This document shows positions 9,690 to 19,956 of a stretch of DNA of 64,000 nucleotides, in pieces. The translations under genes and the position numbers were made by a program. This stretch comes from Prevotella sp. GTDB taxonomy: Bacteria; Bacteroidota; Bacteroidia; Bacteroidales; Dysgonomonadaceae. The notes below the pieces were generated by a model that was not told where the DNA came from, did not search any database, and saw only the letters and a list, made by a program, of their open reading frames with translations. The stretch lies in assembly GCA_031285625.1 (NCBI GenBank), contig JAITVV010000095.1:160001-224000 (forward strand), read 5' to 3'. Position 1 is the first letter of the stretch; each line of letters begins with the position of its first letter.

Positions 9690-10883
9690 TCATTTATTAA
9701 AGCTTACATTCAGAACCACTATCTCCGAGATAGTACCAATCCGGTATTGAGGCCCTGCCAAACCAAGACCGGATGACACATATATATGTGTATCATCCTT
9801 TTTCTTGTATCCGAAAGGAAGCTCATACATAAATCTCATTTTCATACTTTCAGGTAAAATACCGGAGTTGTATAATTTTGAAGAAAGACTCATTATAACA
9901 TTATTAGGGAAAAATTGCCCATTATGTGTATGCCCGTATAAAGCAATATCTGCTCCGGCATCAACCTCTTCCTGCAAGCGATGGGGTTCGTGATTCATTA
10001 CTATGACAGGATATTGTTTGTCTACACCTTGCATTATCTCGGGTAATTCTTTTCTGGTTTTACACATATCGTCCTCTCGTCCTACAAGATAGAAAGAATT
10101 TGCGATCATAACAGTAGTATCCCTCAAAACAGTCATTCCGGCCTTTTCGCTCAGCCAATGTATTTTTTCATCCGGAGCTTCTCCTATGTCTATATATTCA
10201 TGATTACCTGTGGAAGCATACACTCCATATGGGGCTTTAAGACGCAGGAATTCTGTTTCCATCCGCTGCTCGTAAAGTGATTTTGCATCATAGTCAATCA
10301 CATCACCTACCAGTAATATCAGATCGGGCTTTTGCTCCATTATCTTATCCACATACATAGAAATAATTTTCTTATCGATAAGATAGCCGGCATGTATATC
10401 GGTTGCCACTACAATACGGAGATTCTTCACATCTGGAGAATGCTTTTCTATTGCCAAATCCATCTCTGTTACAACAGGATGCCGGAACCTGTAATTTCCG
10501 TTCCACATAACCGCTATCACCAGAATAAGAGCTGAACAAAAATAGATAAGCCGTGGCTTTTTAGCTTTTAGATCGAGTGTTGCAGGAAATATTTTTTTCT
10601 TTTTATCAATATATTTGAAGAGATCATATACAAGAAGCAACACAGTCATATAGATAGTAAATATCATCCATGTTGTACCCGTCCATGCAAAGACATGCAA
10701 GGCATCGAAAGGAAGGTACCTGGAAGTGAAGAAACCAATGAAATAAATAAGAAGTTCGATAATGTAAATAGCAGCGTAGGGTACCTTGATAAATTTCTTA
10801 TCAGGTAACCCCTGCCATCCCCGCCAGTAAATATAAGCACTGAGGAAGATTTGTACTATTATAGCATTAAAAAAAACTCTCAT
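9690..10883 (-). CDS. Membrane-anchored metallophosphoesterase (YkuE/YaeI-like)
   Basis: N-terminal TM helices; DIH, VGDVID, GNHE, HEP and GHTHNGQ calcineurin-like motifs. Confidence 0.88.
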   Translation of the reverse strand: MRVFFNAIIVQIFLSAYIYWRGWQGLPDKKFIKVPYAAIYIIELLIYFIGFFTSRYLPFDALHVFAWTGTTWMIFTIYMTVLLLVYDLFKYIDKKKKIFPATLDLKAKKPRLIYFCSALILVIAVMWNGNYRFRHPVVTEMDLAIEKHSPDVKNLRIVVATDIHAGYLIDKKIISMYVDKIMEQKPDLILLVGDVIDYDAKSLYEQRMETEFLRLKAPYGVYASTGNHEYIDIGEAPDEKIHWLSEKAGMTVLRDTTVMIANSFYLVGREDDMCKTRKELPEIMQGVDKQYPVIVMNHEPHRLQEEVDAGADIALYGHTHNGQFFPNNVIMSLSSKLYNSGILPESMKMRFMYELPFGYKKKDDTHIYVSSGLGLAGPQYRIGTISEIVVLNVSFNK

Positions 10884-10886
10884 TGG

Positions 10887-12023
10887 TTACTTATTTACAT
10901 CTATTACAACATATTCCGATTGTGTTCCAATACGGAATTTGCCGCCCCATATACCAATACCCGAACTTACATATATATTGGCATTACCTTTCTTTATAAA
11001 ACCATGATCCCTCTCATAAAGTTTCTTTGTGATCATAGATATTGGCCATACTTGCCCCTGGTGCGTATGTCCCGATAGCTGTATATCAATACCATTCACC
11101 TCTGCTTCTTCCAGATTGTAAGGCTGGTGATCCAATAAAATAATCGGCTTTGTCTTATCCAGGCTATCTACCAGACTTTTCAATGATCTGCGGCTGGGAT
11201 TCGACCTGTCGTCACGTCCTATAATATAAAAAGAGTTGTCTACCTCTGCTACCGAATCGCGAAGCAGATTCACCCCTGCCTTTTTCATAAAATCAAGGCT
11301 CTCTTTCATACCACTTATATATTCATGATTTCCCGGGCAAGAATAGATTCCCATCGGAGCTTTTATTTTATGAAAGACTTCTGCGAACCGGCCTTCATTA
11401 AGCGGGCGTACACTATTATCTATAATATCTCCTGCGATAAGTACAATATCCGGGTTTTCTGCATTTATGGTATTTACCCATCCTTCAAATTCTTTCTCTC
11501 CTATACCGTATCCCAAGTGCAGGTCACTGATAGCAACTATGCGCAAAGATTTAGGGGAGATCGTATCTCCAAAGGTTTTGTATATATTAATTGGCAAATC
11601 GACACGTACTTTCCATTGATATTTCAGATAACCGCATACCATCAGCAAAGTGATAAAACCAATCATAAGTCCCAGACCGACCCAATTATCCCTCGTATAT
11701 CTTGTAATGGCATCACTTGGCATAAAGTGCAACAGTTTATTAGAAAGACCAAATAAGTCTTTCACTGCCATTACCATGAAAAAATACAGAAGGATAAAAA
11801 CCCATGCTGTACCTACTTTATAAAAAAACGAAGTAAGAGCTACCGGCATGGAATCTCCAAGAATAAAGGATATAAAAAATGATGATACAGCTATAACTGC
11901 AAACGAGATAAGAATTACTTTGCCTAATGTAGTTGGAGGCATTGCAATCCAGATATGACGAAACACATAATAATTAGCTAACAAATAGACAATAAATACT
12001 ATAACAAAAAACATCGATTTCAT
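10887..12023 (-). CDS. Membrane-anchored metallophosphoesterase (YkuE/YaeI-like), paralog of 9690-10883
   Basis: TM N-terminus; SDLHLG, AGDIID, GNHE, DHQP, SGHTHQGQ, YVSSGIG. Confidence 0.9.
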   Translation of the reverse strand: MKSMFFVIVFIVYLLANYYVFRHIWIAMPPTTLGKVILISFAVIAVSSFFISFILGDSMPVALTSFFYKVGTAWVFILLYFFMVMAVKDLFGLSNKLLHFMPSDAITRYTRDNWVGLGLMIGFITLLMVCGYLKYQWKVRVDLPINIYKTFGDTISPKSLRIVAISDLHLGYGIGEKEFEGWVNTINAENPDIVLIAGDIIDNSVRPLNEGRFAEVFHKIKAPMGIYSCPGNHEYISGMKESLDFMKKAGVNLLRDSVAEVDNSFYIIGRDDRSNPSRRSLKSLVDSLDKTKPIILLDHQPYNLEEAEVNGIDIQLSGHTHQGQVWPISMITKKLYERDHGFIKKGNANIYVSSGIGIWGGKFRIGTQSEYVVIDVNK

Positions 12024-12180
12024 TTATATGGTTATTGTGTGCCAGTTCCTATATATGTGAAAGATACAAAGATAAAGAATCCTGACTATTAAAATTGTTG
12101 TTTGTGACGAAAAAAGAGCAGCCGTGTAATGACCACTCTTTATTAACGACCGACGATTCAGGTTGTTATTATTTTATACA

Positions 12181-12636
12181 TTAACTGCCACATGCAATAT
12201 AGTAAGTTGGCAACCCGTCTACTATCACAGGCTCTTCGTCCGTACCTTCAAAAAAGACATGATCGCCAAGCTCTTTGTAAGCCTGCTGATTATGAGCTTT
12301 CATAAGAAACTCCAATGCAGTAAAGTTTTTTCCGTTATCAGCTTTCAACTTAGCTATTATTTCCACCTGGTACCCGTCTTCATCTTCATCAGGCTCTTCG
12401 TCAAAAACGTCTTTATCTTCATCTATCAACGTTTCGTTTTCCAATAAGTCTCCCGGTTCGTATATCCATGCCATATACTGAATCTGCAATTCAGGTACAT
12501 CGAAAACGATCTCATCCGGAATCCAATTATTCTTATCAGAAATATCATCCTGATATTCTACGACTTCCTTATTAAATTTTTCCTTATCGGAATAGTACTC
12601 TTCTGTAAAGCTCCAAGCAATGTTGTTTAGTGTCAT
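12181..12636 (-). CDS. Highly acidic hypothetical protein (immunity-protein-like)
   Basis: 151 aa, very D/E rich, with a conserved-looking C-terminus FTALEFLMKAHNQ...LGDHVFFEG...YYIACGS; function not recognised. Confidence 0.65.
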   Translation of the reverse strand: MTLNNIAWSFTEEYYSDKEKFNKEVVEYQDDISDKNNWIPDEIVFDVPELQIQYMAWIYEPGDLLENETLIDEDKDVFDEEPDEDEDGYQVEIIAKLKADNGKNFTALEFLMKAHNQQAYKELGDHVFFEGTDEEPVIVDGLPTYYIACGS

Positions 12637-12654
12637 GATATGTTAGTTTTTGAA

Positions 12655-13335
12655 TTAACGTCTGCTTCCTAAAGCAATCATCACATAATATATCAATGTA
12701 GCCAAAGAACCGATAGCAGCAATTACATATGTATATGCAGCCCATTTTAAAGCATCTTTAGCCATATCATGATTACTCACATTGGTTACTCCGGCTGTAT
12801 TCAACCAAACCAAAGCTCTGCTACTGGCATTTACCTCCACAGGAAGTGTTATAAAACTGAATATGGTAGTTACAGCAAACAATGCGATACCAATCCATAT
12901 TAACGAAGGGAATGTATTGATCATAAATATCCCGGCAAGAATAACCCACATTACAATGGATGAAGCAAAACTTACCACCGGTACAAGTGCCGAACGCATC
13001 TTCAAAGGACCATACTCGTGTGCATGCTGTACTGCGTGTCCACACTCATGAGCCGCAACAGCAGCTGCCGCCACACTATTGCTGGCATAAACGCCTTCAC
13101 TCAGATTTACAGTCTTATTTCCGGGATTGTAATGATCGGTAAGCATTCCGCCTGTCGATACTACTTTTACATCATAAATACCATTGTCATGAAGCATTTT
13201 TTCTGCGACATCACGTCCGGTCATTCCATTGCTCAACGGAACTTTAGAGTATTTATTAAACTTGCTCTTCAACATTTGCGAGACTGCAAAGCTGGCAATT
13301 GCAATTAATCCGAATAATATCCAACCTATATACAT
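12655..13335 (-). CDS. Membrane zinc metallopeptidase (YugP/Zn_peptidase_2 family)
   Basis: LTDHYNP, VAAHECGHAVQH (HExxH), ITLPVEVNASSRAL, AAYTYV. Confidence 0.92.
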   Translation of the reverse strand: MYIGWILFGLIAIASFAVSQMLKSKFNKYSKVPLSNGMTGRDVAEKMLHDNGIYDVKVVSTGGMLTDHYNPGNKTVNLSEGVYASNSVAAAAVAAHECGHAVQHAHEYGPLKMRSALVPVVSFASSIVMWVILAGIFMINTFPSLIWIGIALFAVTTIFSFITLPVEVNASSRALVWLNTAGVTNVSNHDMAKDALKWAAYTYVIAAIGSLATLIYYVMIALGSRR

Positions 13336-13548
13336 AGCTTATTGTATTAAAATTTCTAATTTAAGTTTATAAGTTAATAAACAAAAAATGTGCCATTTAA
13401 GTTCCCTGTCACGTTTCAGTTGAAGCAGCAATCACATTCTTTAAATAAATTTTACTTTTCTTTTCTGTTTTAACAATAGATCCGAATCAGAAAAAAAGAG
13501 CTGACTACACCTGAGTACGCCAGCTTCTTTCTTTATTATTTGATAAAA

Positions 13549-14814
13549 TTATTTTCGGATAATTGTTTGTGCCCTGTCAGGTCCTAAAGATACAATACTG
13601 ATAGGAACTCCCAGTTCTTTTTCCAAGAATGCTATATAGTCACTAAATTCCTTAGGGAATTGGTCTTCTCCCAGCATTTTTGTCATATCTGTTTGCCAGC
13701 CTTTCATTTCCACATATACAGGCTTGATGCTATCATCTATCTCGAATGGAAAATCCGTAACTTTCTGTCCGTTTATTTCATATGCCACACAAGCTTTAAT
13801 GGCATCGAATGTATCGAGTACATCGCTCTTCATCATTATAAGCTGGCTAACACCATCCACCATAATAGCATAACGTAAAGCAACCAGATCGATCCAGCCA
13901 CAACGACGCGGACGCCCAGTAACAGAACCGAACTCAAAGCCCAGTTTACGCAACTGATCTCCGGTTTCATCAAACAATTCGGTAGGGAAAGGCCCGCTAC
14001 CCACACGTGTACAATACGCCTTGAATATGCCATATACCTCGCCTACACTTTTGGGAGCAATACCAAGTCCGGTACAAGCCCCTGCCGAGATAGTGTTGGA
14101 AGACGTTACAAACGGATAAGAACCAAAGTCTATATCGAGCATGGTTCCTTGTGCACCTTCTGCGAGGATTTTACGTCCTTGCTTAACTGCACTATTGATA
14201 TAGTGTTCACTATCGATAAAAGTAAACTCTTTCAGTTTTGCTATTCCTGCAAACCATTCTTCTTCTATATCAGCCAATGCACTGGTATCGAAACCATATT
14301 GTCCGAGAATACGCAGATGTTTCGATTTGGCTATATTATATTTTTCATCAAAGTTGTGAAGAATATCCCCCACCCTAAGGCCATTGCGGCTAACCTTATC
14401 GGTATATGTCGGGCCGATACCTTTACCTGTGGTTCCTATTTTGGAATCACCCTTAGCAGCTTCGTAGCATGCATCAAGCAGACGGTGAGTAGGTAGGATA
14501 AGATGAGCCTTCTTTGACACAAGTAAGCGTTTTGTAAGATCATGACCGGAAGATTCCAATGCCTCGATTTCTGCTTTAAACAAGGCAGGATCGAGCACCA
14601 CGCCATTACCTATAATATTAATTTTGTTTCCCTGGAAAATACCGGAAGGGACGGATCGAAGAACATATTTTTTCCCCTCAAACTCGAGTGTATGTCCTGC
14701 ATTAGGTCCTCCCTGAAATCGGGCTACAATTTCATAATCAGGTGTTAATACATCTACTATCTTTCCTTTACCTTCGTCGCCCCACTGTAAGCCGAGCAAT
14801 ACATCTACTTTCAT
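13549..14814 (-). CDS. purA: Adenylosuccinate synthase
   Basis: GLQWGDEGKGK, RFQGGPNAGHT, GTTGKGIGPTY, EGAQG, TGRPRRCGW. Confidence 0.98.
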   Translation of the reverse strand: MKVDVLLGLQWGDEGKGKIVDVLTPDYEIVARFQGGPNAGHTLEFEGKKYVLRSVPSGIFQGNKINIIGNGVVLDPALFKAEIEALESSGHDLTKRLLVSKKAHLILPTHRLLDACYEAAKGDSKIGTTGKGIGPTYTDKVSRNGLRVGDILHNFDEKYNIAKSKHLRILGQYGFDTSALADIEEEWFAGIAKLKEFTFIDSEHYINSAVKQGRKILAEGAQGTMLDIDFGSYPFVTSSNTISAGACTGLGIAPKSVGEVYGIFKAYCTRVGSGPFPTELFDETGDQLRKLGFEFGSVTGRPRRCGWIDLVALRYAIMVDGVSQLIMMKSDVLDTFDAIKACVAYEINGQKVTDFPFEIDDSIKPVYVEMKGWQTDMTKMLGEDQFPKEFSDYIAFLEKELGVPISIVSLGPDRAQTIIRK

Positions 14815-15323
14815 TTCTTTTTATTAATACGGGTATTCTTATTTTCTGTTACTTTATTCTTTTTCTCTTCTGCCTTCTTGGCACGCATACATTTATTGCA
14901 TATCCCATAAATGTACATACTGTAATAACTGATCTTGAAGCGCTGCAGCTTTTTCTGCTGTGCGGGAGTAAACAGGTTTCCGTTTTTGTGTTCTTTCACT
15001 TCTCCACAACTAAGACAGATCAAGTGGTCATGATTTTCATTACCAAAAGCGCGTTCGTATTGCGATACATTAGCCCCAAACTGATGTTTGACCACTAATC
15101 CGCAATCCAGTAATAATTCGATTGTATTATAAAGAGTAGCACGGCTAACCCTGAAACTGGATTCTTTCATAGCATTATATAGAGAATCCATATCAAAATG
15201 TCCTTTTGAAGAATATATGTGTTCCAGTATAGCGTACCTTTCAGGAGTCTTACGGTGCTTATGCAAATTCAGATAATCTGTAAATTCGTTTTTAACCTGT
15301 TCCTTTAGTTTTATGTTATCCAT
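14811..15323 (-). CDS. Fur-family transcriptional regulator, translationally coupled to purA
   Basis: RKTPERYAIL, VSRATLYNTIELL, HDHLICLSCG, YGICNKC; 4-nt overlap with the purA start. Confidence 0.9.
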   Translation of the reverse strand: MDNIKLKEQVKNEFTDYLNLHKHRKTPERYAILEHIYSSKGHFDMDSLYNAMKESSFRVSRATLYNTIELLLDCGLVVKHQFGANVSQYERAFGNENHDHLICLSCGEVKEHKNGNLFTPAQQKKLQRFKISYYSMYIYGICNKCMRAKKAEEKKNKVTENKNTRINKKK

Positions 15324-15568
15324 TTATAAAAATCTGATATGAACAAAAATACATCTTTTTGAAGAATAAGTAGCAGCATAAAGCAGAAAAAACGAAAAAC
15401 TGTTTAAAAATTCATTTATACATTATCGAGAATTTAGTTTTGATGAGTACAATTATTTTATATGTTTTTAGAATGTTAAAAAAATATACTTACTTTACAC
15501 TAATATTTGATCTTGAAGACGCCCGGTAATCGTCATTGGGACCTAACACAAACTCTAAAATATTAATT

Positions 15569-16900
15569 ATGAACCTAAGAAAATATATTTTTCTTAGTGT
15601 TACTTTTGTGGCACTATTACTTAGCTTCTATTCCAATTTTTTTCATCTGACCCCGCAGAAATTTTTTACTGAATTTGATACCTATAACGAAGGTTTTATC
15701 TATGGTAGAATAATGAACTCTGAAGAGAAAGGATTCTTTAGCGACGGATGCTTTTCTGGCATCAAGTATGATACCTTGAAAATACATAAAGAAGGAAAAA
15801 TGGATAAAGATACAATTGCTTTCATCGTTATCCAACGCTTACCGAAGCAAAAGGCTATGTATCTGAATAATATAGAACGGGAATCCGACTTCGGCCCTTA
15901 CTTTACCCAGATGGGAACAATGGCATCAGTATACTCAATCATCAATATAATGTTACCAGGTTCTCCCGAATCCAAGCTTAATATATATGACTTCATTAAT
16001 GCATTATTTAATGCACTTATTTTTACTGTGTTCTTCTGGTGGATATTGAGAGAATATGGTAGAATCACATCCTTTGTCACACTTTTATTTCTACTCACCT
16101 CATCACATTTTATCGCATTTTCGGGTAGTATATGGTGGGTTACCGGATCTTTCTACCTGCCTATATTCGGACTGTTTGTCCTGATGCAGGTAAAATTGCC
16201 TGAAAAGAAAATCTTATTTTATTTATTTATCTTATTTATGATAAAAGCCATACTTACAGGTTTTGAGTTTATAACATGTACATTCTTATCTATATTTATA
16301 CCTATCATTTATTATTACTATTATAATAGAAAAACCTTAAAAGGGTTCTTAATTTTTTCGGTCAAAGCAGGAGCCGTTTGTTGTCTGGCTATGATGATCC
16401 TGACATGCTTATTAGCTATCCAGCATAAGTTTTATCATGGAACTTTTGCCGCAGGATTTGACTGGTTGTACAATGCTTTTATCAGAAGATCAGGCAGTGT
16501 AGAAGACTTCCAAGGAATATTAATGAATATCGGATATATCTATGGATATTATTCCTGGTTTTGCAATGCCTTTGAATTATCCGAACTGACTTCTGCGATC
16601 AGAATTCCGTTTACTATTGTAATTACTGCTGTATATATTAATCTCTTTGTATTGTTCCAGTTAACTAAGAAAGCTATCAACAGAAGAAAATATACAGCCC
16701 TTATTCTAGCCACGGCTCTATCCTGCATACCGTCGGTATCGTGGTATATAATTTTCAGAGATCATGCTTTGAAACATCTCTGGATAGATGCTATTTGTTG
16801 GTATTTTCCATTTCTATTATTGGGGTTCATGTCAATTGGGGTCACTATATCTGTTTTGTACAAGAGGTGGTTTTACACCAAAAGTGTTGCAACGGAGTAA
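15569..16900 (+). CDS. Polytopic membrane protein, putative GT-C/GtrII(YfdI)-like surface-glycan modifying transferase
   Basis: About 10 hydrophobic segments, a periplasmic loop after TM1 (FDTYNEGFIYGRI...PYFTQMG) and a C-terminal SWYIIFRDHALKH; very AT-rich. Start taken at ATG 15569. The family call is an inference. Confidence 0.5.
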   Translation: MNLRKYIFLSVTFVALLLSFYSNFFHLTPQKFFTEFDTYNEGFIYGRIMNSEEKGFFSDGCFSGIKYDTLKIHKEGKMDKDTIAFIVIQRLPKQKAMYLNNIERESDFGPYFTQMGTMASVYSIINIMLPGSPESKLNIYDFINALFNALIFTVFFWWILREYGRITSFVTLLFLLTSSHFIAFSGSIWWVTGSFYLPIFGLFVLMQVKLPEKKILFYLFILFMIKAILTGFEFITCTFLSIFIPIIYYYYYNRKTLKGFLIFSVKAGAVCCLAMMILTCLLAIQHKFYHGTFAAGFDWLYNAFIRRSGSVEDFQGILMNIGYIYGYYSWFCNAFELSELTSAIRIPFTIVITAVYINLFVLFQLTKKAINRRKYTALILATALSCIPSVSWYIIFRDHALKHLWIDAICWYFPFLLLGFMSIGVTISVLYKRWFYTKSVATE

Positions 16901-16920
16901 TCCAAGGATGAATTTATATA

Positions 16921-16953
16921 AAAAAGAAAGAGAACTCTCCCGAGCTCTCTTTT
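16921..16953. terminator. Probable bidirectional terminator between convergent genes
   Basis: AAAGAGAACTC-TCCC-GAGCTCTCTTTT imperfect hairpin with A and T tails. Confidence 0.5.
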
Positions 16954-16976
16954 CCGAAAGGAAATCAAAAAGAATA

Positions 16977-17735
16977 TTAATAAATATTCAGGTTAGTCTT
17001 ATTATGATCATCGGTGAATATTGTACCATCTGTCTGGCTACCTTCACCATCATATTTGTATTCAATTGTCTTTGTCTTCTTTTCCCCGCTATAGTCGGTC
17101 CAATTTATTTGAATAGTTATTTTTTCACGTCCTTCAATTTTGTATGGGGCAAGGCTAAACGAAATGTAGCCATTTACCGGATAAAGTTCAGGATCAGCCA
17201 TCTTATTATGTCTGAATTCCAATGTAACCGCATCTTCATTTACCGATTTATCAGGCTCTGCCGATACCAGATTCAACATGTGCGATATTGTACCGCCTGT
17301 ATTTAATCCGAAAGAGATATTCAAATAATCTCCGCCCTCCCATATTCCATGAACTTTGATAGGGTCGTTTCCAATGCTATCTTGTTCTGCTTTGTTATCC
17401 GGTGCAACATAGATCACACCTTTGGTCAATACATCAGAGATACCATTAAGTCTAATAGCATGATCATAGCCTTCGAAATTATCTGATAATATTGTATAAT
17501 TTATTAGTGCTCTGTCGTATTTCGGCTTAATATCAAGGCCAACCGGTGCAGCAACCCAAAGCTTCTCACCACTATCCAATGTAAAATCATAAGTATTGTC
17601 ACCAATCTTGTTTACCGTTACCAGAGACTTCCAGTATTTATCTAAGGAATAGCCATCATCGTCACAGGATGTAAATCCTAACGACAGAACAGAGCAAAAA
17701 ATTAGAGCTGAAAATAGTTTAACGTACTTTCTCAT
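16977..17735 (-). CDS. NigD-like lipoprotein
   Basis: Start MRKYVKLF with lipobox FTSC-DDD; FTLDSGEKL, RALINYTIL, DSIGNDPI, GDYLNISF, LEFRHN, GYISFSL match the NigD_N/NigD_C pattern. Confidence 0.8.
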   Translation of the reverse strand: MRKYVKLFSALIFCSVLSLGFTSCDDDGYSLDKYWKSLVTVNKIGDNTYDFTLDSGEKLWVAAPVGLDIKPKYDRALINYTILSDNFEGYDHAIRLNGISDVLTKGVIYVAPDNKAEQDSIGNDPIKVHGIWEGGDYLNISFGLNTGGTISHMLNLVSAEPDKSVNEDAVTLEFRHNKMADPELYPVNGYISFSLAPYKIEGREKITIQINWTDYSGEKKTKTIEYKYDGEGSQTDGTIFTDDHNKTNLNIY

Positions 17736-17870
17736 AATTATATTCCTGACTTTACAAAACTTGATTTTTATCACTTTACAAATATAAGACTGAAAGAAAT
17801 GCACTATGCTGCATGGATAAATCTTAATAAATGTTAAAGTATGTTTTAGGCTATCAGCCTACTCTCCTTT

Positions 17871-18317
17871 TTATCTTTTTTGCTTAAAAAATTCTTTCAT
17901 CAAAGAGGCGCATTCTTCGGCCAGGACACCGGATATCGCAGTGGTTTTGGGATGTAGTATCTGAGGTGAAAATAATGAATACCCTTTTTTTTCGTCTGTG
18001 GCACCGTAAACAATTTTTGGTATTTGTGACCAAAGTAATCCTCCTGCACACATAGGACATGGCTCTAATGTTACATATAAGGTACAATCTGTAAGATATT
18101 TTCCTCCAAGAACATTCTCGGCCGCGGTGATGGCTTGCATTTCGGCGTGAGCAGTCACATCATTGAGTGTTTCTGTAAGGTTGTGAGCCCTTGCAATGAT
18201 GCGTCCCTGACATACAATAACGGCTCCTATCGGCACCTCATTCTTGTCGAAAGCCTGACGGGCTTCGTTCAAAGCCTGACGCATATAATATTCATCATTG
18301 AGAATGCCTGCTGTCAT
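17871..18317 (-). CDS. tadA: tRNA adenosine(34) deaminase TadA / nucleoside deaminase
   Basis: EVPIGAV, TAHAEM, LYVTLEPCPMCAG. Confidence 0.9.
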   Translation of the reverse strand: MTAGILNDEYYMRQALNEARQAFDKNEVPIGAVIVCQGRIIARAHNLTETLNDVTAHAEMQAITAAENVLGGKYLTDCTLYVTLEPCPMCAGGLLWSQIPKIVYGATDEKKGYSLFSPQILHPKTTAISGVLAEECASLMKEFFKQKR

Positions 18318-18529
18318 CGGCGCATTTCGTTTTCACCAAACAGGGTAGGATAATCCTGATCGAGACTTTTAAGGACATGGGATATTATCGTTTCCCGGCA
18401 CCAGCGTGAACGGTTCTCAATCTTATATTTCTTTATATACGAAGCTATAAGTGCATACTCTTCTTCATTGAGCGAAAAAAGAAGATGCTTTGTACGATTA
18501 CTATGTGGTCCTTTCCTTTTAGGTTTCAT
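18314..18529 (-). CDS. Small conserved Bacteroidales protein, ribbon-helix-helix-like
   Basis: 71 aa, LLFSLNEEEYALIASYIKKYKIENRSRWCRETII...DYPTLF; ATGA overlap with tadA. Confidence 0.7.
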   Translation of the reverse strand: MKPKRKGPHSNRTKHLLFSLNEEEYALIASYIKKYKIENRSRWCRETIISHVLKSLDQDYPTLFGENEMRR

Positions 18530-18583
18530 TAGCGCAAAAATAAGGACTTATCTCAATATGTGAAAGGATTTCAGGGAGAATAT

Positions 18584-19687
18584 TCAATTATGAAGGCTGT
18601 TTTGACCTTCCTCATCAAAATTAATCCTCAATTGTATAGCATCGTGCCATACTACCTCATCATCGCTATTTTTCAGGCCTAAGCCGATCAATCTGACTTT
18701 GGGCGATAGATCCACCTGTTGCAGTAACTCGAAGCCCGCCTTGTAAAAAGAATCATAATCAGATACGGCATCGGGGAAAGTACGGCTTCTTGTAATGGTT
18801 TTAAAATCGGCATATTTAATTTTCAGGGTCACAGTCCTGCCTCTGAATTTCTTCTTATCGATATGCAGAAAGGCATCGCGTGCCACTATATCCAGTTCAA
18901 AAGCCAGTTCATCCAGATCGTCGATATCCCTGTCGAATGTCGTCTCCGAACTCATAGATTTCCTTATCCGCTGCGACTCAACAGGCCTGTCATCTATTGC
19001 CCGTGCATTCAGGTAATAAATATGCCCTACTTTTCCAAAATTGGCAACCAGTTCCTTCTCTGAGCGTTGCTTCAGATCCCATCCTGTCTTAATTCCCAAC
19101 TGATGCATCAGTTTGGCTGTAACCTTCCCTACTCCAAAGAATTGCTCGATAGCAAGCGATTCTACAAAACGCTCGGCAACCTTTGGCTTCACCACAAACA
19201 GCCCATTCGGCTTATTTTGATCCGAGGCTATCTTTGCCAGAAACTTATTGAACGACACCCCGGCCGAAGCAGTAAGGCGTGTTGTGTCAAAGATCTTTTG
19301 TTTTATCTCCTGTGCTATCTGGGTAGCTGAGGCTATATGCATATGGTTCTCAGTAACATCCAGAAAGGCTTCATCCAAAGATAACGGTTCTACCAGGTCG
19401 GTATACTCATGAAAGATTTCCATGATCTGCCTCGATACAGACTTATAAACATCGAAACGGGCAGATGCAAATATCAGGTGCGGGCATTTACGCAGAGCAG
19501 TCTTAGATGCCATAGCCGAACGTACTCCATAACGGCGGGCCTCATAGCTGGCGGCTGCAACTACGCCTCGCGGCCCCGCATAACCCACAGCAAGCGGCTT
19601 ACCCCGGTATTCAGGGTTGTCGCGTTGCTCGATGGATGCATAAAAGGCATCCATATCTATGTGAATTATTTTTCGCATTTGCTCCAT
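18584..19687 (-). CDS. dinB: DNA polymerase IV
   Basis: IIHIDMDAFYASIE, AASYEARRYGVRSAM, EPLSLDEAFLD, NKFLAKIASD. Confidence 0.96.
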   Translation of the reverse strand: MEQMRKIIHIDMDAFYASIEQRDNPEYRGKPLAVGYAGPRGVVAAASYEARRYGVRSAMASKTALRKCPHLIFASARFDVYKSVSRQIMEIFHEYTDLVEPLSLDEAFLDVTENHMHIASATQIAQEIKQKIFDTTRLTASAGVSFNKFLAKIASDQNKPNGLFVVKPKVAERFVESLAIEQFFGVGKVTAKLMHQLGIKTGWDLKQRSEKELVANFGKVGHIYYLNARAIDDRPVESQRIRKSMSSETTFDRDIDDLDELAFELDIVARDAFLHIDKKKFRGRTVTLKIKYADFKTITRSRTFPDAVSDYDSFYKAGFELLQQVDLSPKVRLIGLGLKNSDDEVVWHDAIQLRINFDEEGQNSLHN

Positions 19688-19956
19688 TTATACTAAAAAG
19701 TAACAAAGGTGACAAAAGGAACAGCTTTTTTGAATGTTTTTATGTGTCACTTTTATGTAGAACCTCTTATTTAAAGATAAAGTTTACAGAAAAATATACG
19801 TTACAAGGAATTTAATCCCTCCTGTTTCCGTCATACATTTGCTTTGGAACTAAAATACAAATATATTGGAATAATCGGATAAAACAGTGACGCAAATATT
19901 TGTATCATTATTCAATTATGGTAAATTTGTAGAATGACCCAACAATAGTACTTACC

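Noticed and set aside
16788-17306. 172-aa plus-strand ORF
   Set aside because: It overlaps the end of the membrane gene, crosses a terminator and is antisense to the NigD-like gene.
19706-19820. Possible SOS operator upstream of dinB (AAAGGTGACA/TGTCACTTTT inverted repeat; GGAATTTAATCC)
   Set aside because: The inverted repeat has a ~30-nt spacer. The GGA...TCC spacing is 6 rather than the 5 I recall for the Bacteroidetes LexA-like box. I saw no matching site at recN.
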